From positions 870,273 through 934,272 of the forward strand of contig ML992505.1 of NCBI GenBank assembly GCA_010093995.1: DNA of 64,000 nt, in the 5' to 3' direction. This document shows positions 26,608-40,617 of the stretch, piece by piece; position 1 is the stretch's first letter; each line of letters begins with the position of its first letter. Position numbers and translations under genes: made by a program. The notes under the pieces were generated by a model that did no database searches, was not told the origin of the DNA, and worked only from the letters and a program-made list of their open reading frames with translations. Source of the stretch: Elsinoe ampelina. Its lineage: Eukaryota.

Positions 26608-27474
26608 ATGGACTCTATGAGGAGTCTGAACACTTCTCTACCAAGGACATCTCCTCAGCGGCAAAGTCAGGCACAGTCACAGACTCAGAGGCAGCAACAA
26701 CAACAGCAGTCCCCCGAAGATCTCCTATCGGCCTTCAAGCAGGCTGCCTTGTCCGTGACAACGCTCTACAAGAGTGCTGCTTCATTGCAAACTTCTGCAA
26801 AATCCACCGGCTACCAGGCTGCTGTCGAAGACCTGCTGAGATTTCTGGACAAAGAAAACCTTGGGTTGACCGACGGTGAGGGCTGGCGAGTCAGACAATG
26901 GGCGACGGAACGTTTTGACGGCGGAGTGGCCGCTAGACATGAGAGTGACGAGGAGGAAGAAGATGTCCATGAAGAAGAACGGGCAGAGAGCGAACCGGCA
27001 GATGGAGAGCATAAGGACTCGATAGGACCTGAAGACGACCTGTCAAGCTCGGTGGAATTGCAACCGAAGGAGGAGGAGTCAACAGATGCTCGGCCATCAT
27101 CGGATCAGCAATCAACTGTGTCACCACATAGCCAACCTACATTTACTTTCCGATCACCACACGAGTACCCAACCAATCACGACCGGGATATCAACATGGA
27201 TGTCACGAACGACAACAAGACACAGTCACAGTCACCAGCAGAGACGAACAACAGTCAGCCTTTCAAGTTTGAGGCGAACCAGACAGGACGGCAATCCCGG
27301 AATAGACAGACCAGGGTAGGCCCTCAGCGATCTAATACCTCACTGCGTAATCTGGGTAGTGGTGCAGGATCGAAACGGAAATTCCCTCTCGGCGACTTCT
27401 TCGACATCAGCGGCATCAACTTTGATAACAATCATGGTTCAGATCGAGGAGGAAAGCGAGGACGGCACGCTTGA
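26608..27474 (+). CDS. Conserved fungal protein with HAPSTR1/C16orf72-like N-terminal helix
   Basis: MDSMRSLNTSLP...LLSAFKQAALSVTTLYK...GYQAAVEDLLRFLD...VRQWA followed by a disordered tail. The F..AA.SVT.LYK helix resembles HAPSTR1 (inference). Confidence 0.7.
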   Translation: MDSMRSLNTSLPRTSPQRQSQAQSQTQRQQQQQQSPEDLLSAFKQAALSVTTLYKSAASLQTSAKSTGYQAAVEDLLRFLDKENLGLTDGEGWRVRQWATERFDGGVAARHESDEEEEDVHEEERAESEPADGEHKDSIGPEDDLSSSVELQPKEEESTDARPSSDQQSTVSPHSQPTFTFRSPHEYPTNHDRDINMDVTNDNKTQSQSPAETNNSQPFKFEANQTGRQSRNRQTRVGPQRSNTSLRNLGSGAGSKRKFPLGDFFDISGINFDNNHGSDRGGKRGRHA

Positions 27475-27795
27475 TACAGGACTCGCACTCAACAATTACG
27501 GCCTTTGCGAACGAACGACATGATGAACCATTATACCCCAGTGGCATGTGCATAGCGGTGGAGATAGACGCAGAAGGAATCTTTGGTGGAAGGACTCGCC
27601 TTGGAAAAGGCAGTCTCCAACGATGGAAGATAGACAACGCAGCACCTGCGCATCGTTACAGGAATAGTGTAATTACAGAACCCACACTTGAATGTACCAT
27701 CACTCAAGCCCCCCGTCCCTTGACTCCAGAGCATAGATTCACCCGTGAAATGCCAACACCCCAAAACGCCACGCTCCCCTTCCCCATGCAAATCT

Positions 27796-28186
27796 CTATA
27801 CAAAAGCCCTGTACAACCCCAACGCAACCAACACCGCCGACGTGAAACTCACCCCCAGCCGCCGAGCAGGCATCCCTACCTTGGTCCCGCTCCGCATGAT
27901 ATCCGCTTGTCGTTTCGTGAGGTCCCTGTGGCCTGAGATGTACGAGTAGATACCTAGGCCAGCGAAAGCGGATGCGCCTGGACGTGGTTAGGACGGAGAA
28001 CAGATAGATAGGGAGGCCAAGGGAAAGGAAGGGAGATGAGGGAGAGAAAAGGATAAGTACGAGAAAAGGGGGAGCAGTACCCATCACGCGGCAGGACAGG
28101 CAGTCGTATTCTCGTTTCCGGGCGGCGTCGAGCGTCTCGCCGCGTTCGATCTGTTGGAGTTTGGCGGCGCCGACTTGGGTGGACAT
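27796..28186 (-). CDS. Small mitochondrial membrane protein, DUF4536 (DMAC1/Dmo2-like)
   Basis: YDCLSCRVMG, one intron, then ASAFAGLGIYSY...VLVALGLYRAFV*: a CxxC motif plus two hydrophobic segments. Confidence 0.8.
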
Positions 28187-28468
28187 TTTGGGACTGGATA
28201 TGTGGAAGGAATTCTGAAGGAGATGGATTGGAATGTGGCGTTTGTTGGTCACAGGTCAAGCGTTGATCTTGACTTTCGTATCTGATTGAAAGAGGTTGAT
28301 GGTGGATGGAGAAGTTGTGGTAAAGTGTGCCCGCCCCGCACGTGATTCCTGTTTGAATGTCTACATCAGTGCAGCTAAATACCGTCCTACCACAACTACA
28401 TAACATCCCACTCTGCCAGTAATCTTCCGGAGGGGAGCTCAAGAGGTATTGGACACTCTTCGGGCACA

Positions 28469-30275
28469 ATGAGCGGCATCGAAGCGGTCTACATTTTCGA
28501 CGAGCACAAGTAAGTTACCACCGTCCTTCAGTTCCATTTATCAACATACAATTTCAAGACATCTTTCACACTGTCTGCTCCAAAGAATCGCAAAGGACAC
28601 CAAATCGCGAGTCATACAGACTAACATCCCCAGCAACCTCCTCCTCTCGCACCCCTTCTCCCTCCGCCCCCCTCCCCCGCTCCCTCTCCTCAACCTCTAC
28701 CTCACCCACGCCCCCTCCCCCCCCTCCCTCCTCTTCGCCCACAAATCCGACTCCCTCCTCCTCCTCTCCCCAACCACAACCGACGTCCCCCCCCTCCTGG
28801 TCCTCGAATTCCTCCACCGCACCACCGACTCCCTCCGCGAATTCCTCGGCTCCCCGCTCCTCCCCTCCCGCCTCGAAGCCAACTACGATCTCGCGGCCCA
28901 GATCCTCGCCGAGCTATGCGACGCCGGCCTCGTGGCCTCCACCGAGCCGAACGCCCTGCGCGACGCCGTGGAGGTGCCGTCTTCGCTGACGAGGTTGTTG
29001 GGGGGTGCGACGCCGAGTCTGGCTCCCGGGGGAGGGGGCCAGGGGATGGGGACCGCTGCGAGGATGCAGGGGATTGGGAGTGGGGATCGTCCCGGGTCGA
29101 GGGCCCAGGGGCAGGAGAGTGCGATTCCGTGGCGGAGGAGTGGGGTCAGGCACACGAGTAATGAGTTGTATGTGGATCTTGTGGAGGAGGTGAGGGCTGT
29201 GTTTGCGCCGAGTGGGAGGGCGTTGGAGGCGGTGGTGCATGGGGCTGTGGCGTTTAATTGTAAGGTTAGTGGGGTGCCGGATTTGTTGCTTGTGTTGAGG
29301 ACGGATGCGGGTGGTGGGGATAGAGGGGAGAGGGTGAGGAGGGTGATGCAGAGGCCGGTGTTTCATCCTTGTGTGAGGTTGGCGAGGTGGAAGGGGCAGG
29401 GGGAGTTGAGCTTTGTGCCGCCGGATGGGAGGTTTGTGTTGGCTGGGTATGAGACGGATTTGTTGGAGGGGGAGGAGGAGGTGTTCGGAGGTGGCAAGGT
29501 GGATCTGCCTGCGGATTTGGAGGTGATGACGGGGCTTGGGGAGAGGGGCAACGAGTTCGAGGTGCGGTTGGTGATGAACAGCAGATGGAGAGGGACGAGT
29601 GGAAGGGCAAGCCCTGTAAGTGCAGGGAGTAGTCAGCAGAGTCTGTCGAACGCGCTGGGCAGAGGAGGACCGAGAGGGTTGGGGGCCGCAGGAAGTCTGG
29701 CCAGTTTGTCTACTGGATCGGAAAGCAAGGGACCGCAACTGGAAGATCTCAAAGTGGTCGTGCCGTTACCTGCAGCCGCTAGAAAGCTGCCAGAGATTCG
29801 AGCATCGAGAGGCGAAGCACACTTCTCACCAGCTGAAAGCGGCGTCACGTGGGTCATTCCAGGAAAGGTAGCTTCTCAGATCTCCTCAGCCGTACTGAGA
29901 TGTACCGTGGTCGGCCAGGAAGACGACAGCTTTGGCGAAGCAGAGGGCATGCTCGGATCTAATGGCATAAAATCAACGACATACGACTACGACGAGGACG
30001 ATGCTGGCGGCTACCAGGATGACGGACCTGCGCCCGCTGTGAAGCAGCTGAACGAGAAGATCGACTCGGAAAGGAGAAAAGCTGCTGGGGACGCCCTTAT
30101 GCCACGCTCGGTCAACCTAAGCTTCAGTGTCAAGGGATGGCTTGCGAGTGGCCTGAGAGTAGACAGCTTGACGATTGACACGAAACGGAGTAGAGGCCTA
30201 GGTGAAGGCGTGAAGCCCTACAAAGGGGTCAAGTACTTGACAGCGAGCCGAGGAGGCGTAGAAGTACGATGTTGA
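28469..30275 (+). CDS. APM3: AP-3 adaptor complex medium (mu) subunit
   Basis: MSGIEAVYIFDEHN with intron 28510-28633; NYDLAAQILAELCDAG, IPWRRSGVRHTSNELYVDLVE, FHPCVRL, FVPPDGRF, SGLRVDSL and KPYKGVKY. Confidence 0.93.
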
Positions 30276-30490
30276 CAGAGCCGAAAATGGAAAGAAAGCA
30301 CGTCAACGAGAAATTATACTGCATGTGCGCTCCATAGGACCAAGAATGGGTTTGTTGTTGGCATTGCTTGTCATCCTCTATGAGACCTAGCTGTGCTCCG
30401 TGCCCGAGTGTTGTGTGCTGTACATGTTCCTCAGCTTCATCTTCGCGGCCACAACTCCATGTCGCTCCTCGATTCCACCACACTGTCCAT

Positions 30491-30961
30491 TCATTTCTGC
30501 CCAAGTGCCTCCGCTCTCTGATCCTCCAGTTTTGCGTAGAAAATGTCTCGGCGGCGGACTGATGGGACGTGGAAGCCGTACCACCAGAGGTACCCAGCTG
30601 ATGTGCCCAGGCCTGTTGGTGAGATTGTTAGTTCTCGTTCTATACAGATATTCTACCCGACTATACGGCGCAAGGATCAAGGTGATGAGGTCTAGGCTGG
30701 ATGTTTGTGTCGATCGTGAATGGGACGCATACCGAAAGCGACGGAGAGGTCGAGAACGAGACCACGTCTCAACATCTATCAGTCCAATTAGTTTCGTGAT
30801 CTTGAAGCGGCTACAAAATCGCAGCAAGTGATCGAAGCAGCGACTGTCGCGCAATCCCATTGCACAAGAAGCTTCGGATGTGCTCGATGTTGCTGCTCGA
30901 TTGCCTTTGCACGCGGCCTCAAGACGGGAGTTTGACGTACGCCAGTAATTGGTTTGACCAT
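30491..30961 (-). CDS. COX9: Cytochrome c oxidase subunit 9 (VIIa), three small exons; absent from ORF track
   Basis: Exons 30961-30941, 30775-30733 and 30612-30491 splice to MVKPITGMLRRGLVLDLSVAFGLGTSAGYLWWYGFHVPSVRRRDIFYAKLEDQRAEALGQK*. Canonical donors GTACGT and GTATGC. Confidence 0.93.
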
Positions 30962-31467
30962 GATGGCGACTTTCTCTCGCGTGAAGTGGTCGTGGATTGT
31001 GGTTGTGGTGTCTTGCTCTTCGATTCCGGTCCTGATTCTTGAGACGAAGTCGAGATGTTCGGAAGAAGTCGGATGACTAAGCCCATTTCATCACGTGATC
31101 CAATATCATTGCAGACCATGATCACAATAACAGATACACATGATCGTTCTGGTACATTTTCATCCGGACAACTAACACCTTGAAATTATAATACTGGAAT
31201 GAGTTTGGTACTTCTACACTGTACACCGCTAAACCTCGAATTTTGATACAACCTGAGCATTGAAGCTCATCTCCATTTCTTCATGAAACCAGGTATAGAC
31301 TCGCTTCAGCTACCACTGGGAGTCCCGTATTGAGCCGCTCCACCACTCTCGATCGCGTGCCTCATGCCGACGTCCCTGGATCGTGGTGTGGTCCGTTGTA
31401 GTGGGTCTCATGCCAGAAGGCCTGGATGCTCTATGATCGATATTGTCCGGATGTTTCAGTCCGCACT

Positions 31468-32163
31468 TCAGTCAGCTCTACCCCAAAGCTCCTTGCGCTT
31501 CTGCCTGTCTTCCCGTGCTTCTCTCTTCGTCCTTCCCCAACGACCCTTGATCGCATCAATCTTCGCATCTTCTTCCGCCTTCGCCTCTGGACTCGACGCG
31601 CATAGCCTGATGAAGAATTCGTTGCAGTCGAAGAACTTTGCCAACCTCTTTACGGTCCATTGTTTGGGGTCCATGGCCCTCAGCTTTCGTATCTCTTGCA
31701 CATCATCTGGCCCTAAGTGATATTTTCGCTCCCTTGGCTGGCCTATTGTGGGCGGAAGAGCAGACGACGATCGACTTAGTCTTGACAAGGCCAGTCTTCT
31801 TGTCGGACCCATAGCATCCTCCGTAGCATCTACTTCTGCAGTGGCGTTGGCTGGTTTCGGGGAGGACGCCTGCTCTGCTAAGACGTGAAATTGTCGTCGC
31901 GGGTCGGAAGCTGGGAGAAAGATGGGTGGCGTATGATATACATTAGGCGCTGATGAAGGAGGATTGAAGATGATGTGGTCCGCCGTCTCTTCGACAGGCG
32001 CTGTGAACGATGGGTCGGATTTGACACGGAGAGATTTTCGAAGTCTTCGAGCGGTCGCTTCTGTCCGCCATTGTTGTTGCAGGTGTGCAGGTTTTGGAAT
32101 TAGAGCATTGTTGCGCCTCGACAAAGTGCGCATAGATCGAGAAGCACATGCAAGGCACTCCAT
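31468..32163 (-). CDS. MRPL20: Mitochondrial ribosomal protein mL58 (L20)
   Basis: IIFNPPSSAPNVYHTPPIFLPASDPRR, KYHL...IRKLRAMDPKQWT..LAKFF, and WG...AREDRQKRKELW. Confidence 0.9.
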   Translation of the reverse strand: MECLACASRSMRTLSRRNNALIPKPAHLQQQWRTEATARRLRKSLRVKSDPSFTAPVEETADHIIFNPPSSAPNVYHTPPIFLPASDPRRQFHVLAEQASSPKPANATAEVDATEDAMGPTRRLALSRLSRSSSALPPTIGQPRERKYHLGPDDVQEIRKLRAMDPKQWTVKRLAKFFDCNEFFIRLCASSPEAKAEEDAKIDAIKGRWGRTKREAREDRQKRKELWGRAD

Positions 32164-32495
32164 GTCTAGCTTGGTGTATGGAGTTTGGAAGAGCAGCTGC
32201 AAGCTTCGAGGTCAAAGGAAATTCTGCGCACAGACCACATCCTTCATCAAATGCTCGGCCAAACAAGCTTGTTCTATTTTCGAGCATGACAATTGAGAGG
32301 ATATTTGTTTGTTTGGGGATATCTACATGTCGACGTCTATCGTGAGAATCTTCTGGTATCGCTAGAATGGCTGTGTAAAATGTGCCGCTAAATCATTAAG
32401 CATAAAGCCCCCTCTACGCAGCGCCGCACCATGCGAGCATAGCAATGGGAATGAAGACGAGGAGGGCTGGCCGTCATCGATAGAATTCTGATATC

Positions 32496-33152
32496 TTACT
32501 TCAGAACTCTGTCGTAGCCGGCACCTCTCACTGAGCCTCCTCCCATGCTCGTCCTGACATTCCTCTTGAAGCCTTCCCTATCTTTTGCCAGGTCTTCTGC
32601 GGCCTCCTTGTTCAAGGGATCGCTGGCATTGGGCTCGAGGAAAAGGAATTGAAGCCCAACGATTGCTGCGTTGAGGTTGAGAACCGGCTTCCACTCTTCT
32701 CGGAGAATGTTCAGACAGACATTGCCTTCGGTATCAATATTCGGGTGATAGATCTTTTGCGTGCATTTGACCTTCGGCGGTTCATGAGGATAATTTTGCG
32801 ACATGTTGAACGTAAAGTGGAAGTGTCCACCTTTGTAGATGCCCTCATCAGGTGAAATGCTCAAGGTGAAGTGCAGGATGTCGTCAGGATCTGGAAAGTC
32901 GGTCTTCATGGTAGTCCCGAGTGTGAGTTCCGAAAGATCTATGTACAAAGTCAGTCACGTTGCATCTCATGCGATCTACCCTTGAAATGACCTTTCTGTA
33001 CTCGTAGCTGTGCGGCGGTGACCTTCTTCTTCTTCGGGCCTCCCCCAGCAGCGGCATTTTCAGCCTTTTGCTGCTGTTGTTTCTGTATAAGTCAGCATCA
33101 CGCCATGTAGGAATGACTGTGCGAGACCAACCATGGACCATATCTTCAACAT
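32496..33152 (-). CDS. UBC12: NEDD8/Rub1-conjugating enzyme Ubc12
   Basis: Spliced MLKIWSM/KQQQQK...KVTAAQLRVQK/DLSEL; active site HPNIDTEGNVCLNILREEWKPVLNL; EPNASDPLNKEAA. Confidence 0.96.
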
Positions 33153-33820
33153 TTTGAAAGATCGACTGGGATGTAGTGATTCCTGAGAAGGGCGCGTGAC
33201 AAGGATTCCAGGAAGCGAGTGTCCAGTGATAAGAAGGGCGGAGTGTAGGATGTGGTCCTTAAATGAATCCGTACCTCCAAGGAATCAGAGATACCACCCG
33301 AGTGTTCGCAAAAATCGCAAGCGCAAGAAACTTGTTCAAGAAATGAGTCTAGGATGGACAATGATGTGATGCCTTAGATGCCAAGAGGACAGTAAACTCC
33401 GACACCCGACAGATTAAAAAGGCGAGTCAGGCCCAAACCCTGCATCTCCAGCCGGCCTGGACCAATCAATGCTGCGGAGGTGGGATCTTTGTTCGAGCGT
33501 GCACTGGGAGCATTACACTGCGTGTGAGGCTGTGTGCAAGAGTTTACGGTGTCCCCAAATATCCTAAAATATCCCAGTCTCATCACAAACCTTTGATTCG
33601 TATTTTCCGTCGTCACTTCAAGACGGCAGTCAGTGGACTGACATAAAAACTGCCGAATCTGCATTTGGATTGACATTGTTGACTGCTTCCCCTCTTCCAC
33701 CCCAGCCCTCGGTGTGAGAAGCGGTGCGTTTGACCCACACCGTGTTCCCCTCTTTGACAGGGCAGCACCTTGCCAATCAACATCTCCTCGAACTCTGATC
33801 GCACATCGCACACCGTCAGA

Positions 33821-35922
33821 ATGTCGTGGAAATTAACAAAGAGTCCGTCTCTGCCCCAGCATCATCTTAGACTTGACTGACAAGGTCACAGAGCTCAAAG
33901 ACACCCACCTTGCGCCCCTCGCCAACACCTTCAGCCGCTCCTCTTCGACGTCGACGATCACTAATGAGTCTCTCAAACCAACAAGCCCTCTTGCAACGTC
34001 AACGAGCGCCTCAAGCGATCCAAATGGGATTGGTGAGCGACGCCTGTCACGAGCTGGAATCATAATAAGCTGACAAATCCCACAGCGGCATCAGAAGCAG
34101 CAGCAGCAGCGCCGGCAGCTCCATTAAAGCCTGGTATTCTGATTCTGACATTACACGAAGGTAAGGGATTCTCTCTGCCTGCTGGAGCCGAACAGCTCTT
34201 CCAGCCTCGTCACGGGAGCTCGTTATCCACTGGTGGGGGCGGATTCTCCGTTGCTGGATCTGTGAGACCTGGATCTTCTGTAAATCAGGGTGGCTTCGCT
34301 GGCTCATATGCGGGAAGACCACAATCTGCCACTGGAGGTATCAATGCAGTACCGACCAACCATGGGAGATACTCTTCCAAGCATTTGCCATATGCGCTCG
34401 TTGATTTCGACAAGCAACAGATCTTCGTCAATGCAGTCTCGGGAACGCCAGAGAATCCAGTATGGGCCGGGGAGAGCACTCAATACAAATTTGATGTGTC
34501 GAGAACGACGGATGTGAGCATCTCTCTTTATATTCGGAACCCAAATGCATCACCTCAGGCTGGAAGAAGCGAGGATATCTTCATCGGCACTTGCAGAATC
34601 AGCCCACGGTTTGAGGAAGTCAATCAGCAAGAAGAGGCGGCCGCGAAAGCAAGCAAGAAGGACAAGAACGGGGACGGCGAGAAGAGCTTGGGACAATCTG
34701 GAGTGGAATGGAATACAATCACATACGGATCCGGTCAACTGCGCATGGGTGTCAAGTTCGTCGAGAACAAGCAGCGTTCTCTCAAGATCGAGGATTTTGA
34801 GTTGTTGAAGGTCGTAGGAAAAGGCAGTTTCGGCAAAGTCATGCAAGTCCAAAAGCGAGACACGCACCGGATCTACGCCCTCAAGACTATTCGAAAAGCA
34901 CACATTATCTCGCGATCCGAAGTGGCACATACGCTCGCTGAACGATCAGTGCTTTCACAGATCAACAACCCTTTCATTGTCCCTCTCAAGTTTTCTTTTC
35001 AATCGCCTGAGAAGCTCTACCTGGTTCTCGCATTCGTCAACGGTGGGGAGCTATTTCACCATCTGCAAAGAGAGCAACGATTCGACATCAACCGTTCCAG
35101 ATTTTATGCTGCCGAGCTTTTGTGCGCACTGGAGTGTCTGCACGGATTCAACGTCATCTATCGCGATCTGAAGCCCGAAAACATCCTTCTTGATTACACT
35201 GGACACATTGCTCTCTGCGACTTTGGTCTTTGCAAGTTGGACATGAAGGATGAGGACAAGACAAACAGTAAGTTGCTCCACGTCTCGTCTTTGACACTAT
35301 ACTGACTGTACAGCCTTCTGCGGCACACCGGAATATCTCGCCCCAGAACTTCTCCACGGTACTGGCTACACAAAGGCTGTTGATTGGTGGACACTCGGTG
35401 TTCTCTTGTATGAGATGTTGACGGGATTGCCACCATTCTACGACGAGAACACAAATGACATGTACCGGAAGATTCTCTCTGAACCCCTTCACTTCCCAGG
35501 TCCAGAGATTGTCCCGCCAGCTGCTCGGGATCTTCTCACCAAGCTTCTCGATCGTGACGCGACCAAGCGTTTGGGGGTCAATGGTGCTGCAGAGATCAAG
35601 GCACATCCCTTTTTCCACAGTATCGATTGGCGCAAGCTGCTCGACCGCAAGTACGAGCCAAGCTTCAAGCCGAATGTGGTATGTACTGCATATCCAAACA
35701 TGACTTGTCAGACACTAATCTGCGCAGACTGACGAGAGGGACACTGCCAACTTTGATCGCGAATTCACCTCGGAAGCTCCTCAAGACTCTTACGTCGAGG
35801 GTCCCATGCTCTCACAAACTATGCAACAACAATTTGCGGGCTGGTCTTACAACCGTCCAGTCGAGGGTCTCGGAGATGCTGGTGGCAGTGTAAAAGATCC
35901 ATCTTTCATGAACCACAACTGA
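33821..35922 (+). CDS. YPK1: AGC Ser/Thr kinase Ypk1/Gad8
   Basis: MSWKLTK/KLKDTHL N-terminus, a C2-like region, and kinase motifs GKGSFGKV, YRDLKPEN, DFGLCK and TFCGTPEYLAPE; hydrophobic motif FAGWSY; four introns. Confidence 0.96.
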
Positions 35923-36535
35923 CCTGTTGCAACGCTGGACGTTCTTCTTCAACGACGCACGAACACCATAGGCATAAGAAAGAGGATCATGACTGGCGTG
36001 GACGGAGTACTGGGACCTTTTTTGCTTCATAGTCGTGCCTGACATCGGACAATTTTTCCATCATGTCCGTCGACATTTGGGAAGGGTTCACAGCAGGGTG
36101 TCCTAAGGTGGAAATGGTAGCACGATTAGATAGACAACAGCCTGTCGGTATTCGATGAAACAGCCTCCCTCCATGTGTGTGAGAAGTGATGCCCAATCCG
36201 AGCAAAGACCACCCTGGCGCGCTTATACATCTTTGATTGTCGGCCTGACCGCAAAAGTCGCTCAGCAAGAAAAGCTTCTCAGAAATGACCCCGCGATTGG
36301 TCAACCCGCAGCACTTCCGAAATTTGCCCCGCTGTCGTCACCTGGAGTGGTGCACTTGTGTCCCGCAGCTCAACAAACATCCGAACTTTTGTAACCACAG
36401 CCTCATCTCCTAATAATCGCTCGCCACCAAGGAACCATCGGTCTCAAGCTTGAACGTAAGTTAATTGATACCTCTACAAGTTCACTGTGTGCTGACTCCC
36501 AGCCGACCTCATCAATTGACGACAGCAACTTCAAA

Positions 36536-38301
<1,766 letters not shown>

Positions 38302-38596
38302 GATCCAGTCCATCTTCGGCCACGACTGGCTTGAAGATGGGAGTAAATGTCGTGGACTGTTGGAAACGAACGGCATGAATTAAGTGATGAATGATGCATA
38401 GTGTAGATGAAGCAGTAGCAATCTAAAATTAAAAGCTTCCGTCAGACAGCTGGGTCTATATATTATCCCGATCTTATCCCATTCAACGCTAGGTCAACCT
38501 CGAATATGATAAAGGCAGCCATGACTATGTCCTTGGAAAACAATGCTGTCGACTGAGCACTTCACCACAATACCACATCCCTCTTTCATAACATGA

Positions 38597-39170
38597 TCAC
38601 CACCCTCCAAACTCCCAGATATCCTTCTGATATCCCTCCGTCAGCTCCTCATCCTCACCGTACCTACCACATTAGCACTCATTCCCCAGTTCCACTCAGA
38701 TCAACTCACAGTTCCTGCCACTTACTAAACCCCCCCTCAAGCACCACCACCTTCTGCCCCTTCACCACTCCCTTCCCCTGCCCTTCTCCCTCCCCCTCAC
38801 TCCCAACCTCTCCCCCCTTCTTCCCCTTCCCTTCGCCCCCCTCCACCTCCAACTCCACCCCCATCCCCACCCTCTCCCTCTCCCTCGCATACCGCAACGC
38901 ACTCCCCGGCCCTCTCTGCTGACTCAACGCACAATGAAACACGACCATTTCCTTGCCATCTAGCTTCCGCACCAGCTCAGGCAGGGCATAGTCATGGGTC
39001 GACGTGGGCGCGTTGATGCACCCCTTGATGTGGCCGCCGATGAAGTCGGAGTCGCGGACGTCGATTATGGCGATGTTGGAGGGGGCGGAGGGGGTGCGGA
39101 GGAGGGAGGCGAGGGATTGAGGGGTGATGCGGGGGAGGGTGGATTTGGAGAGGTTGGTGGCTGATGACAT
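38597..39170 (-). CDS. YCH1: Cdc25-like small phosphatase / arsenate reductase (Ych1/Ibp1, rhodanese fold)
   Basis: IIDVRDSDFIGGHIKG, active site FHCALSQQRGP and VLEGGFSKWQ; an intron precedes YGEDEELTEGYQKDIW. Confidence 0.9.
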
Positions 39171-39357
39171 GATCTTGTAGTCGGGATGCGGGTGCGTGTA
39201 GTGATTGGAGGTAGAGTGAGTGAGATGGGGGCGATGGGAATGGTGGAGGGGGGTTGTGCCAAGAGGATATTTCACGTCACGAGCCAAGGTGGCAATTTCG
39301 GACGGTATGCGGTCGGGAATCATTTGTATTTACATCATGTTGGGGGAAAGAAAGAGA

Positions 39358-40273
39358 CTAGAGCTTTGCTGGTTTCCAGACTGGCTTGCGCTTCTCGACA
39401 AAAGCTTGAACGCCTTCTTTGATGTTCTCGCCTTTGGTGAGTCGTGGGTACCAGTTTTCGACGAGCAATCTGCTTCCCTCCTCTGCGCCTACGCCTTCCC
39501 AACCGAGCTTGATGCCTTCTCTGCTGACGATGACCGCGTCGGGACTGTTCTCTGCAATTGATCTTGCCATCTCCACCGCGGCTGCTACGACGTCTCCTTC
39601 CACGACCTTGTTGATTAGTCCCCATGTCTCTGCTTCCTTTGCTGGTACAACGCGGCCAGTGAGTGCCATTTCCATTGCTCTGGGACGACCGATGGTGCGA
39701 ACGATTCGTGGTAGTGCTCCTGCTATGGCTACGACACCGCGTTTGACTTCGGGTAGGGCGATCGTTGCATTACTGCTGGCTAGGACGAGATCGCAGTTGA
39801 CAATAATTTCGCAGCCGCCACCAAAGCAAATACCGTTCACAGCGGCGATTACAGGTTTGAGTCCATTGCGGCGAGAAAGAGCTCCGAAACCAGAAGGGGG
39901 CATGGGTCGTCTTTGGTTGGATTGATTCGCATTATTCCACTCTGAATACTCGTCAGCAATGCTGGAAACTGAGCGATTTCTGGTAGTAATTGATGGTTTG
40001 GTACTACCAGAACATTTCACATCCACATGCAGTATCGTGTTTGATAAGCAATGGCCTTCACATACCTTTGAGATCTGCTCCTGCACAAAATGCACGTCCT
40101 GTCCCCGTGATGATCCCCACCCGGAGATCCGGATTGTCGTCCAGATGTTGCCATACTTCTTCCAGCTCTGTGTGCCCCAGACTATTGATACAGTTGAGCG
40201 ACTCAGGTCGGTTGAGGCGAACCAACAGAATCCCCGGCGCTGGTTCGCTCACGACCAGCGTCGAGAACTTCAT
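39358..40273 (-). CDS. Enoyl-CoA hydratase/isomerase (crotonase) with C-terminal PTS1 (AKL)
   Basis: LNRPESLN, ITGTGRAFCAGADLK, KPVIAAVNGICFGGGCE, LPEVKRG and EGVQAFVEKRKPVW; intron 40065-39942; ends PAKL*. Confidence 0.93.
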
Positions 40274-40617
40274 GACTGGTTGCTCAGATGGTTCGCCGAC
40301 GCGTACGCCTGCATGCGCCTGTGGAAGCGCGTATCCCCTTCCCTGGGGATGGTGGGGGAGGGAGAAGTTGGTGAGGAGGTCGGGAGAGAGGAAGGGAGGG
40401 AGGTTGGCTCTATGTTGGCCAATGGGTCTGAGGAATAGTTAGATAATGAGATCAAGAGCTACTGCAGCTCAAATGCGGAGGAGGAGCAACGCGGGGATTA
40501 CTGACAGTTGGTGGACCGAGGTCCCTGTGTCTGGTGTGGGTCTTGCCCACCCTTCCTGCCGCCCTCCTTCTTGCCAAAACAGCCGCAGAAGATGCCTGCG
40601 AGCTTGCTGGCGATCAT
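40270..40617 (-). CDS. Putative spliced 89-aa small ORF whose TGA overlaps the crotonase ATG
   Basis: TATA near 40720 and a 5' UTR intron (GTAAGT ~40699...CTAAC...CAG). ATG 40617 sits in CAACCATG context. Intron 40505-40428 gives MIASKLAGIFCGCFGKK...YPLANIEP...REGDTRFHRRMQAYASANHLSNQS*. Confidence 0.55.

Noticed and set aside
36456..36535. Upstream coding exon for PGI1
   Set aside because: The spliced leader is in frame but has no ATG before an upstream TAA, so it is treated as a 5' UTR intron.
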